DNA of 64,000 nt from positions 1-64,000 of the forward strand of contig MU619336.1 in NCBI GenBank assembly GCA_025201805.1. Direction: 5' to 3'. The DNA is from Parasitella parasitica NRRL 2501 (taxonomy: Eukaryota > Fungi > Mucoromycota). The notes under the pieces were generated by a model, which had not been told where the DNA came from, ran no database searches, and was given only the letters and a program-made list of their open reading frames with translations. Of this stretch, positions 1 to 11,362 are shown piece after piece (the first letter of the stretch is position 1; each line of letters opens with the position of its first letter). Both the position numbers and the translations under genes were made by a program.

Positions 1-429
1 CAAAAAATTGCTCCAAACTATGCGAATATGTAATCAAAAGATGTCTTATAGTCTAATGCACTACTTTGAATTACTTGTTTTTGTGTTTGAGATCTCTAAA
101 CACTGTTGTCATACAGTTCTCGTCTTTTTTCTGACAATAACACATTAAAGTTCCCAGGGACCAAAAAAAAAAAAAAAAAAATCAGGCGCCTAAAATCTAC
201 GCTGGCTTTACAAAGACACACACTTTTGAACCATTCCAGTATTACAGAAAAGACGGCACAGGTTCAAATAGCCGTTCTACTGTGTAACTGGATATAGAGA
301 GCCCAGCTTGGTACTTACCTGGCAAGACCTTACTAGAAGACGCCATTCATAAAAATTTATTGCATAGAAATTTATAAAATCCTAAGAACATAAATATTAA
401 TATTGCAATGATTTTAGTTCAATTTTTAC

Positions 430-1085
430 AACTGAAAAACCTAGATTCAAAACTATTGATTTATTGATTGATAAGTAGCCTTTTTATATAAAATAAATTT
501 ATAATCCATTATGATTATAGCACAGTAGTAATCAGAGCAAGACCTATCTATATTTAATCAGGTAATCATTGCGAATGTGAATCATTCATCGATAAGTCTA
601 GCTTCGCAATTAAGAGTAAGTAGAACCCAAATAGGTCCTATGGGGCCGCATCCTGTGTACATTGACAAAGGATGTTGTACGGTCTCAAGCTGCGAAATCG
701 AAACACCACACTGCGTTTAGCTGGCTTCGGGTTTTTACCAGCAATTGTTTTGGACTTCCCTGGATTTGTTGTTTGCCTGTCACCCTTACCCTATCTAGGC
801 AGATTGCAAACATCTGATTTTAATCAAGCAGGAATCTTGATAACGCTGAGGAGTCCGGGGCCTTGGCTGGCCGGTCTGGGTTGGTAGGATTACATTTTGC
901 CATTATCACGTTCAATGGTAGTTATAAAAATATTGGAAACCCAAGTAGGGCGTGTTATCCCTTACAAAAAAAAAGAACCCATATAGATGGTAACTTATAC
1001 AAGACATTCTATTGATTACTTCTATTTACTATAAAAAAAAATTGTGAAAATTGAGTGGTAAACATGGAATTCTCTGGATACAATA
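430..1085. repeat. Degenerate dispersed repeat, copy 1 (inverted relative to copy 2 at about 49628-50030), interrupted by a retro-insertion
   Basis: Blocks match the reverse complement of 49628-50030, e.g. 510-634 'gcacagtagtaatcagagcaagacctat...gaatgtgaatcattcatcgataagtctagcttcgcaatt...gtagaacccaaatag', 981-1030 and 'gtggtaaacatggaattctctggatacaa' near 1055-1083. Confidence 0.8.
635..973 (+). mobile_element. Non-LTR retroposed insertion (SINE-like, or LINE 3' fragment), 339 bp, with A-tail and 13-bp TSD
   Basis: Flanked by agaacccaaatag (622-634) and agaacccatatag (974-986), ends in cttac(A)8-9, and is absent from the homologous repeat copy near 49780. Confidence 0.75.
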
Positions 1086-1253
1086 TATACACTTGGAAAC
1101 AATAGAATTCCATATATATTGGAGACTGGCAGCCTTGCAAAGCAAGATGGACCCCGTGTAAACGAAGGTCGGTTTTTACCGTAGCGTGGCGAAGGTGCAA
1201 AAATCAACAGGGTGAGTGGGATGACCAGCTCATGTTTTTACAATAAATTTAAC

Positions 1254-2900
1254 AATGGATGTATGAAAGTACCTTCATAGCTACAAAGGTCGCGACAGAT
1301 GTCTCGTGTATTTTACTGAACACACTCTCAAAGAATGGTCTTTTGCACAGTTCAAGCGTCATTTTGAAAGTGCTACAACTTCACCTTCGGAAGCTAGCTT
1401 GGTCTCAGCTTATTTACACAGTTTAAAAAGCATAAAAAGAAACAAAAAAACCCCATACGATGCATTAGCGAGGGTTCAAAAGCTGATAGAATAGGGAACT
1501 TGACGTACTTTTATTACCTTCTTCCAGACACCAGCTTAACACCTGGTTTATCTGTAGGTTAACCAACCATAATAAGCTGCTCCTACCACGCTTAATTACA
1601 ATCTGCAAGGATCTTCCTCAACCTCGATCTTTAGCGGCAATAATTACTCCACCATTGTGTTCAGCAAGTTTCCTCTCGACCCTAGATCAGGAAAAGGAAA
1701 ACACTGTGAAGAAGAGCACACTAAGATAGATAGATAATCATTCGAAACTATTGGAGATGATGAAGATGATGAAATGATGAAAATAATGAAGATGATGAAC
1801 TGATGAAAATGATGAAGATGATGAGGACTTGATTGAAATCGACAATGAGAAGGCTAAAAAATTGAAGCAGTATCGAGCTGTGAGCATCAAGGGTGCCCTG
1901 AATCACAGATCTCTCAGTGATCTTCGTATATTGTAACGTTAAATGGCTTTAACAAGTTTCTATAATATCTAACTTGTATACATAGATCGTTGTCATATAT
2001 TTTCACCCATGGACATGACAGCAAATACAAGTCGATTTGTAGCGCACTATTAAATGATGATCATTGCATGCGATTATGTCAATCGCAATCTCTTTCAGAA
2101 ACTGATGGTTTATTACCCTTACTCACTGATCTTACAAACGTAAGTAGCTTCCAAAAATATTATTTGCATGAGCTAACTTATATGACGAGTATATAGAATC
2201 GTGCTGGCGCCCATATTGAATTCTCTGACCCATATATCACTGATGTGATGAGCGGCTCCAAAGTGATAATACGGTCTCGGAATCTATCAGAGACTATGAC
2301 TAAAAATTAATTTACACTTGAATCCTTTTTTTTTTTCAGGGACAAGAATTATCTAGTAGCATGGTAAAAGTTTGATAGTGCTGCTTCGTACATGCAATGG
2401 AATGGTATAGCTAAAAGCGCATATTATAGTCAATTCATGCCATTCGAGTTCGCATAACATATAAAGTCATATAAATCGAAACGCATTACAAACATAATTT
2501 AAGATCTTACCAATGAATGTCGCGTGAAGGAAAACACTCCTGATTAAAGTGCTTTCCCTTATACAATAAACATTTAGAATGAGAATAAATAATGACAAAG
2601 ATATCAAGTATGGCAAGGTCCTCAGACAGCAGAAGCAAGCGGGAATGAGTCTTTTGCTAGTGGATACTAAATACCGTGTTGACCATTTAAGAAAGAGAGG
2701 TAGGGAGGGCCTAATAAACACTATTGTTTATTGACTCGCACAAAGATCGTGGCGTGTATTGGGCATGGCTACGCCACCTGTGTAGCATGCGAATAGAACG
2801 CAATGAATACGAATTCTATACAGCGAATTGTATGACAAAAAGCGTCTGAATTGCTTTGGCACCAGCACGGCAGCAGTAAGTTTTACCTGGTTTCTACAAA
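1254..2900 (+). pseudogene. Degenerate coding remnant of unknown, probably multicopy or TE-associated, family
   Basis: Coding-like segments (MDV*KYLHSYKGRDRCLVYFTEHTLKEWSF..., an acidic D/E run at about 1755-1850, intron-like boundaries) broken by stops and frameshifts; no intact ORF. Confidence 0.35.
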
Positions 2901-3233
2901 CCACTCAATTAACGGATATGTAACATGCCAGAAGCAACAGAAAGGCGGATGTGGGACACTGTTCAATAGGATGAAAGATATTAACAATTGTGAAAAAGCA
3001 TAAATCTTTCAAAATGGTTGAATAGACCCTTCTATTCGTAGTTACATTTGTTAGGTGTATCTTTTAATAAATGCCACTATAAATCTGTACGCTTGCCTTT
3101 ACAATGCACATCTTCATGCTAAAGTATATAGTATACACAGTTATTAAACAGTATAGAGATGTAAGTTCATTTTTTATTAAACAAGTTGGCTGATGAATGT
3201 ATGTATATATAATCTATTTTATTTGATTTCTGC

Positions 3234-5113
3234 TTAAATGATTCTTAATTTTACTGAAGAAGGCTCCAGTTCAATTACTTTTGTACAATTCTTTACACCA
3301 TTCTTCAATCTAATCCAACGACCCAGCTTTAACTCCTGGCCAACACCAACAACAAGAAGAGTACGTTTTGAGGGGAAAACGGTCTTAATCTGGATGCTAT
3401 TGACAACACCGTTGACGGGAATCTGTGCAATTTCGCTGAAACTCTTGTTGTCTGCTGCTAACTTCCATACGCGAACAAAACCATCCCATGAGCCCGATAC
3501 GAACAAATCGGAATATCTGAGACACGCAACAGCCGTGATCCAAAAAGGTGTACTGATATCGCCTTCTGATTCGCTTTCAACCGTATTTAATCCATGAGCA
3601 GTCGATACAGAAAAAATGGGCTTTTTACGATTCAGTTCCCATAGAGAAATAACACTAGATTTTTTGTCTTGTTAACTCGCATATATCCGTAAAATAGACA
3701 TGTTTACTTACCCACTATCACCACCTGTAATAAACATACTTTCATCAATCTGTGCTATACAATCAAGTGTTCCTTCTACAAACAAGGGACGATCATTTTT
3801 ATCAGGATTTTTTGTAGCAATGCCGCCTCTATATACAAGCTGTGATTCCTCTGGAATTTTCCACACTCTCGCTGTTTTATCTCTACCGCCTGTTGATACA
3901 CAACGTTCACGGCCAAGGGTATCAATGTCCGTAATATGATCTTGGTGGCCAAATAATGTTTCTATATAAGCACGTTCGTCAATGTTCCATAATTTGATGG
4001 TACGGTCATGAGATGCAGAGTATAATTGATTTGCTCCTTTGCGGAAGGTAAGGCCCTTTTTTTTTTTTTGTATTTTGATTAGATGTCCATCAAGATATTC
4101 AGTGCAAGAGTAAATAGTCAACTTACAGAAACGACGTCTCTATGTTGCGTAAACTTGGCGATATGCTTATCCTCTTTAACAGACCAGATGTTGATCACTT
4201 TATCTTTTCCACCACTTGCAAGGTACTGTCCATCAAAACTCAATGCAAGACATAAGATATGTTCCGTATGCCCCTCGAAATTCTTGACACCTTTTCTACC
4301 ACCAGGAAATGTATGTAATTTCTTAAAGGTTTTAGCATCCCCTACGCAAAATACATTATCAGATAAAAACAATCAGCGCGAATCAAAGCGAAAAAAACTT
4401 ACATTTGATAATTGATCCTTCTTTGGATGCTGAATAAAATATGGAGCCGTTTTCGGCCAACGCTACTGCTGTAACCGGAAGTTGATGCCCACGACATGTG
4501 TTGGTTTTCAGGCTTTCGATATCATCAAATTTAAACTAGTAAAGAAACATAAATAAGTTGTCCATATCAGGTAAAACATTCTATACATACATTGTCGGCA
4601 ATACGCAGATGAAGTCTACCCTCGCTTTCGTCCTGCATAAAGAAAGTTTAATTCACTGATACAATATAAAATTTAAGATTCTTACGTCGTCTTTCTTTAA
4701 GCGCTCGGCAATAAGATCTCTGTCGAGGTCGGCAGCGTCGAATCCTGTAAGGTCATCTGTAGGATTCATTATTGAGTGCCAAATAATTATGTCAGTTACC
4801 AAAGCCAAATCTTACCTTCCAAAGTTTCTTCGATGCTTCCCAAATAGGCTTTGGCAAGACGAACACGCTTTTCAGCAGCAGTTTCCTCAATTTCCTCCTC
4901 AGAAGATTCCTGATCGCTTTCAGCAGACAAGTTTGCATTGAAATGATCGTCATCCTCTTCATCTCCTTCGATGTCACTGTCAACAGCTTTAGATACGGCT
5001 GGACGACCTTTATGTTGAGCTTTGCTGGCAGGGACTTTTCTTTGCACAGTACTGGTTGTCTTTGCAGGACGCTTACGTTTACGAGTGTTGGCGAAAAAGG
5101 AGTCGACGGCCAT
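3234..5113 (-). CDS. RRP9: U3 snoRNP WD40 protein Rrp9 (U3-55K), multi-exon
   Basis: N-terminal 'DSFFA..RKRK' and 'EETAAEKRVRLAKAYL', WD40 repeats 'YIETLFGHQDHITDIDTLGRERCVSTGGRDKTARVWKIPEESQL', C-terminal 'GVGQELKLGRW'. Confidence 0.93.
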
Positions 5114-5489
5114 AGTTTGTTAAAGAAGTAAAGTATTGAAAAAAAAAGCAAACCAAACGTTTTGGCACTTGGATAAAAGGTAAGCCACATGATTGTAGGT
5201 CACGAATGACAGGTTGATGGTTGAATTGAATGCATGAAAACGCATCTCCCAAAGCTTGGAATGCATGCAATCGTATATAAATACATTTAGATTACTTTGA
5301 ATTACGTAGCTTTGAAGCTTAGATGCACAGTTTATCACTGATATTGCCATTTTTGTTGACATTTAGTCGCAATAGATGAAAAAGCAGGTAGTCAGATCAA
5401 AAGAATTGAAATCCCGGATTGTTTTATTAGTAATGTAAAAGATACGTGGTCGATGCTTCCTTGGACAATTTAACGAAAAAAAAAAAAAA

Positions 5490-6820
5490 ATGCCAGAAGC
5501 ACCACCGCCACCAACTTATATATTTCGAGAGCATAAAAGTACAGTAAATTATGTACATTTTTTTTGCCAAGATCAGTACCTGGCATCCTGGTATGACATT
5601 ACAAACAGGCATCAACCAAAAGCTGTATTCGATTAAAACGTTTGATAGTGATGCTGATGGTTGGGTTATCGTTTGGAGAATGAAAACAAGGAGAGTGGTA
5701 AAAAAATGGAAGGCGCACAAAGATAGTTGTTTAAAGGTGGTGACGATGGATGAACACACGCTGATAAGGTGTGGTTAAACACTACACGCGATTGGCATGA
5801 TATAGTAATTCTTTTTTTTTTATGCTGCTAGCCAAGGCAGAGATAACATGATCTATATTTGGAAATTACACATTGAAGGCGAGAATCAAGATCCTACAGT
5901 GGATGCGTCTATTGTGTATAATGCATTGGGATTTTGTAAATTTTCTTTGCATATGACTCAAGATGGTAACATTTGCCTCTAGTTGAAGGAAACTCTCAAG
6001 AGCCTAATCCTGTTTCTAATCTTTAGAATCGTCATTGATATGTTTTCCATCAAAAGATATTGCAATGGTAAAAAAAAAAAAAAAATTAAGCTGTGAATAA
6101 TGGGGTTGAGGATACACAGAAATACTGACTCTAACAGTAGTTTGATATTTACGACTTGACTTATCAATGCTATGTACTTCAAAATATTGGGCAAACTGAT
6201 AGCGGTACGCACCGGCTAGGCGCATGTATGGCAATTGAACTTTTTAAGACATCCGATGGGTTATTTGTACTCTCGGCGTACGAAAGCGGGTCAATAGCAT
6301 TGTGGGAAATCAAAGAAAGCAAGCCTGTACTGATTTGGCAAAGGAAAGAGCACCAAGAACCAGGTAAAATAACGAAGAGCTATATCTTGATACTAAGCTT
6401 TATATTGAAAACATCTATCAGTTCTCGATCTGTCAATAGATTCCTCTAGGATATTTGCTATATCGTCATCAGTGGATAATCAAATATGCAAACATTCATT
6501 AACGACAGGTGATGTTATCAACAAGATAACGATAAAAAAATCTGGGATCATGGCGGTGAAAATTCGACCTGACAATAAGGTATTTGCATTAGGCGGATGT
6601 GATGGAAGGTACTTTTGTTCAGCTTCCCTTGACCACACAAGAAAAAAACTCACATCAGTTTAATGACAGAATCAGATTATTCTCTGTTAAATCAATGAAG
6701 GCGTTGGCTGTACTATCGTACCATAAAGATACAGTTTACGGTGTAAATTTCAGTCAAACTGGCAATTGGTTGATTTGCGCAAGTCAAGACCACCGTATCA
6801 GTCTGTGGAGCATATTTTAA
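5490..6820 (+). CDS. ASA1: WD40 protein Asa1/GNB1L (ASTRA complex-associated), multi-exon
   Basis: Starts MPEAPPPPTYIFREHKSTV; 'SAYESGSIALW', 'IRPDNKVFALGGCDGRIRLFS..LAVLSYHKDTV', ends 'RISLWSIF'. Confidence 0.8.
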
Positions 6821-7089
6821 ACAATATCACATGGGGCTAGAGGGTTTATGGTTTCATATAGATAACGATAAACCAGTGGGAATCCAGGTTGTGTGCGACA
6901 TAGCTGTCGAGCTGGCTTAAAACTCAGGAATTCCTATCTTTATCTTTCTATACGAATTATGCTATCTATCATGCACATACCCAATTCTGATTTATCAGTA
7001 TATACGAATATTATAAATAACAAGGCATTATTTTTACAATTATTTGCATTTCTTTTTTCATATATCACATTAAAGTTAAAAACTACAAA

Positions 7090-8632
7090 ATGGATGAAGC
7101 TTCGACTCCTACCTACAATGCTGGAGACATTGCCTGGGTCTTAACGTCTACTGCTCTAGTGTGGCTAATGATCCCTGGCGTTGGCTACTTCTATTCTGGC
7201 ATGGCTCGCAGAAAAAATGCATTGTCTTTGATTATGTGCTGCGTTTTGTCACTAGTCGTGGTCAGCGTGCAGTGGTTTATATGGGGCTTCAGTTTAACAT
7301 TTAGCAAAACAGCTACAAATGGTTTTATTGGGAATCTTGACAATGCGTTCCTGCGTGGTGTTCTCAACGAACCGTCTATTGGTGGTGCTGCAATTCCTGA
7401 TCTCGTATTCTGTATTTTCCAGTGCATGTTTGCTGCATTGACTCCTGCACTTGCTATCGGCTCAGCAGGTATATATAAGATAAATGTGCAACCTTCTATT
7501 TTATAACAACTCAATCGTTTATCCAATCAATAGCTGAACGTGCTCGCCTTTTGCCTATGATTATCTTTATCTTCATTTGGTCAACTCTTGTATATAACCC
7601 CGTTGCCAGTTGGACTTGGAATGCTAACGGCTGGAGCGCTAAATTAGGAGCGATTGATTACGCAGGTGGCGTAAGTAATTGTGTTTGCGCATTTCAATTG
7701 AAAGCTATTTGACACACATTTTTACTTAGACTCCTGTTCATATTACCAGCGGCTTTGCTAGTTTAGCGTATGCATTGATCCTGGGACGACGTGAGGGACA
7801 CGATCGTGACAAGAAGGACGAGTTCAAACCTCACAATATGTCTAATGTGGTACTTGGAACAGCTTTACTATGGTTTGGTTGGTTTGGCTTCAACGGTGGA
7901 TCTGGTCTATCTGGAAATCTTCGTGCTGCAATGGCCATTGTTGTCACCAATTTAGCAGCTTCAGTTGGTGCCATCACTTGGATGCTCATTGATTACCGTG
8001 TCGAACGTAAATTCTCAGCTTTGGGTTTCTGCTCTGGTGCCGTTGCTGGTCTTGTTGCCATCACGCCTGCCTCTGGCTTTGTCGGCCCTGGGCCCGCTGT
8101 TGCCATTGGATTTTTGGGTGCTTGTGCTTGTAATGCTGCTGTATATTTGAAGCATTGGCTCAATTATGACGATGTTGCTGATGTATTTGCTGTTCATGGT
8201 GTTGGTGGTTATATTGGTTCCTGGTTAACCGGTATCTTTGCGGAAGCTTATATTGCTGCTCTTGATGGCTCCACTATTATTGCCGGTGGCTGGATGAATC
8301 GTCATTGGGTTCAACTTGGCTACCAAATTGCAGAGTCTACTGCTGGCGCAGCTTGGTCATTTACCATTACTTACCTTATTTTGTTCATTATGAACAAAAT
8401 TCCTGGTCTCTCTCTTCGCGTCGATCGCGAATCTGAACTTCAAGGTTTAGATGTTGCAGAAATTGGCGAGATGGCTTATTATCACGTTGATAAGATTGTT
8501 GGTGTCAACCAAAACACTGGGGAAGAACAAGTTGTCAAGGAAGAAGTTCAAGGCTTGAACTTTGATGCACAAGCACAAGGCTCCATGGGTTCTCAAAAAC
8601 CTTTTAGCAAAGAAAGCCTCAATAATGTTTAA
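7090..8632 (+). CDS. MEP: Ammonium transporter (Amt/Mep family), 3 exons
   Basis: 'GDIAWVLTSTALVWLMIPGVGYFYSG', 'DYAGGTPVH', 'LWFGWFGFNGGS', 'GLVAITPASG', 'DVFAVHGVGG'. Confidence 0.96.
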
Positions 8633-9239
8633 ACCAGCCTATACGCCACCAACTCATTTCTTTCAATTTTTCTTATGTAATTAACATACTAATTTACACA
8701 AACTTACTGCCATATATTACTACTATTACCAATTATTTCTTTATCATGTAAAATAAAGCAAAGCATTAATAATTTCCTGCTGTTGTCTTGAAATAGCCAC
8801 ATATTATTGTATAAAATATCATAAGCGCAAGAACGTTTTGTAGATCAAAACAATACGTACCATTGTTGCAAGTTCCTTCAGAAGTTTTTGACTTCACAAT
8901 GGTTCGTACAACAGTAATATTGAGAACTCAGGCATTTGCGCAGCATTTGACGTCCAACTTTGTTCTGCAGCTCATATATCGCCAGCGATATTAGAAAAAT
9001 TACACAAGCACTTTTATTCTGTATGATATGCAGCCGTAAAATCATTACTCTACACATGGTTTGTCAAGTTCTCTTCGACATTTTCATTTGCAATTCCCTT
9101 GAACCACAAAAAAACCGAGTCATTTGCTCAATTATGCCACTACTGCGTGTACTTGAGTTATACAGTGTGATGAAAATTATCATGTGTAAGACCACGAAGA
9201 GTCGTTTATTAATATAATGTTGTGCACATTTCTATCATA

Positions 9240-10181
9240 TTACTTGCTAGTGATCTTAATTGTAGTTGGTCCCTTGATTCCGGTAACAACAACGACCCGA
9301 TTCTTCTTATCATCAAGATCAACAGTAGATTGAGCATTACCACCACTACCAATAATAGACACATTGATATCGTTGGGATACATTTTTGTTGACACTACCC
9401 ATTTGATATCACCAACATCGTCTACGTTGCACGAATATTCCTTGGTGTCGTGTTCAAAATTTTCCGTTTTGAAACGTGCGGTACATTCAAGTGTAGTAGG
9501 AGCGAACCCGTACTCCCCAATGTAATTAACAACGGCACCAGCACAAAGAGGTACCTGCTGCTCAATGCCCTTTAAAAACGAAGTGGGGATGTATCCAGCC
9601 AAATCGATCTGAGTAATGTACGTAATATGTATACCTGTGTCTGTCTTTGTAATCCTCCATCCGGAAACGATTAGCTTGGCACGAACACAACCTGAAACTT
9701 CAGGAACAGACTCATCCTCAACAGAGGTCATTACAACACAGCATTCAGTATCTGACGCCTCACGAAGAGAGGTTCCAGCAATATCACGAGGGTAAACAGG
9801 CCAAGGTGCTTTAAGTTTGCTCCAGAACAAAGATTCGCCTCTGCTATACATTTCTTTGATTTCAGACGTATCAAACTTCTCGTCCCCTGGCAGAATATAA
9901 CATTAATCATATTGAATTCTACACATTAGCTTGTACTTACAGATCTTTCGACATCCAGGTAGAGTAGCAACAGATAAAACTTGTTGAGTAGTGAATTCAT
10001 GGCCCACGAGATCAGTTTCACCGCGAACAATGGAAATGGGACTAGTGTCATCAGCTTTGCGGTAAAGCTTTACGCCTGCTTTTTCTTCGCTGAAATCCCA
10101 GCCGTCTAAACTAGCAGAGAGTTCTTTTAATAGAGATAGCGCCTTCTGAGCTGTTTCAGCATGAGGGTTTACGAGTGTCAT
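9240..10181 (-). CDS. START/Bet v1-like lipid-binding domain protein, 2 exons
   Basis: 'CRKIWDEKFD', 'KAPWPVYPRDIAG', 'VRAKLIVSGW', 'ITYITQIDLAGYIP' are START-domain motifs. Confidence 0.85.
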
Positions 10182-11362
10182 TATTTAAAAAAATGAAAAA
10201 GAAAGGAGCTGAAAATTTGCCCAGCTTTGTGAAATGTACATGAATGTTTTATCTGTGTAACTTTGGTACCTTGAAGGCCAGTCGTATGCACAGTGCTCAG
10301 GCAAATTTTATCCATCAAAACTGTCAAACTCTTACACATAATCAAATATCTTAACGTACCAGGAGTTGACTATTTGCCCTTAAAACTCTATCAGCTGATT
10401 TTGATTCAACTACGTTATAATGATTAGTATTCATTACTTTTTTGAAAAAGCTACAAGTGAGAAATCAAGCCGTATTCCTATTACTGTGCATTGACACATC
10501 AGTATTCAAATAACTTCCATTATTCATCTTCAAGAGAAACATAGTAGATACAAACTGTGATGTCAAAATATTTTATATGCGTAGAGTGATAAAGGCATTT
10601 TCAAAGTCTGTCAGATAGAAGATCACATAAACCAAGATAAAGGTTACCGTATGAATATGCTTGATAAACACTTGATAAACACTTGAACTACTGCCCAAAT
10701 ATTGTTTTTGATATCGTGTCAATCAATGAACCTAATATTTCATATCAACATAGTTTCAAGCACTTTTACTATTTTTGTTCCCTTAAAAAAAGTACCCAGA
10801 AGCTAGTGCAGTAAATCTTTCCAGATTTACGAAACACAAATATTAAAATTATAAGCAAATTTGGGTACAGATGTTTTGAGGTTTTATCGAAAAAAAACAT
10901 ATTACATTTATGAGAATTGGGGTCGTTGTATATTAGCTTTCTTGAATTGAGCATTGACCCGGAAGGCAATTTGAAAATTAGTAGTTGCTTGACTTGGGTT
11001 TTAAGAAGCAAATTATGCTGATAATATTTTATAGTGAGAGACTAAAAAGGAATAAAGATTGTTTTTTTATCGAGAAGAAACAATTCATTTCTACAACTGA
11101 TAATGCCAGATTCCAACTGACTTTTGCATACAACCTTGTTATCTGCGACATATCTCAAATAAACTGTAAAATAAATAGGAGACACGATCGCTTTATCTTA
11201 TCATTTATCATCTTGGCAAAATATCTATTAGTTTAATTTCATGGTGATAGACGTTACTTTTCTTCTTCAGAAACACCTGGAAGGAAATGTTATCTAGGCC
11301 TCCTTTAACATACAGACGACAAGGTAGCTTTATTATCAAAAAGTATAGGGTATTGCGAAATC

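Noticed and set aside
311-325. tacttacctggc resembles the 5' end of U1 snRNA
   Set aside because: The downstream sequence is AT-rich with no U1 stem-loops or Sm site; it is simply the reverse complement of a splice-donor-like sequence.
780-796. cccttaccctat as a telomerase RNA template
   Set aside because: Imperfect match to CCCTAA repeats, the host telomere repeat is unknown, and there is no supporting structure.
846-860. ctgagga, a hammerhead CUGANGA core, and a possible HDV-like P1 in the retro-insert
   Set aside because: No stem II closed by GAAA and no P3/L3/P1.1 arrangement could be built by eye.
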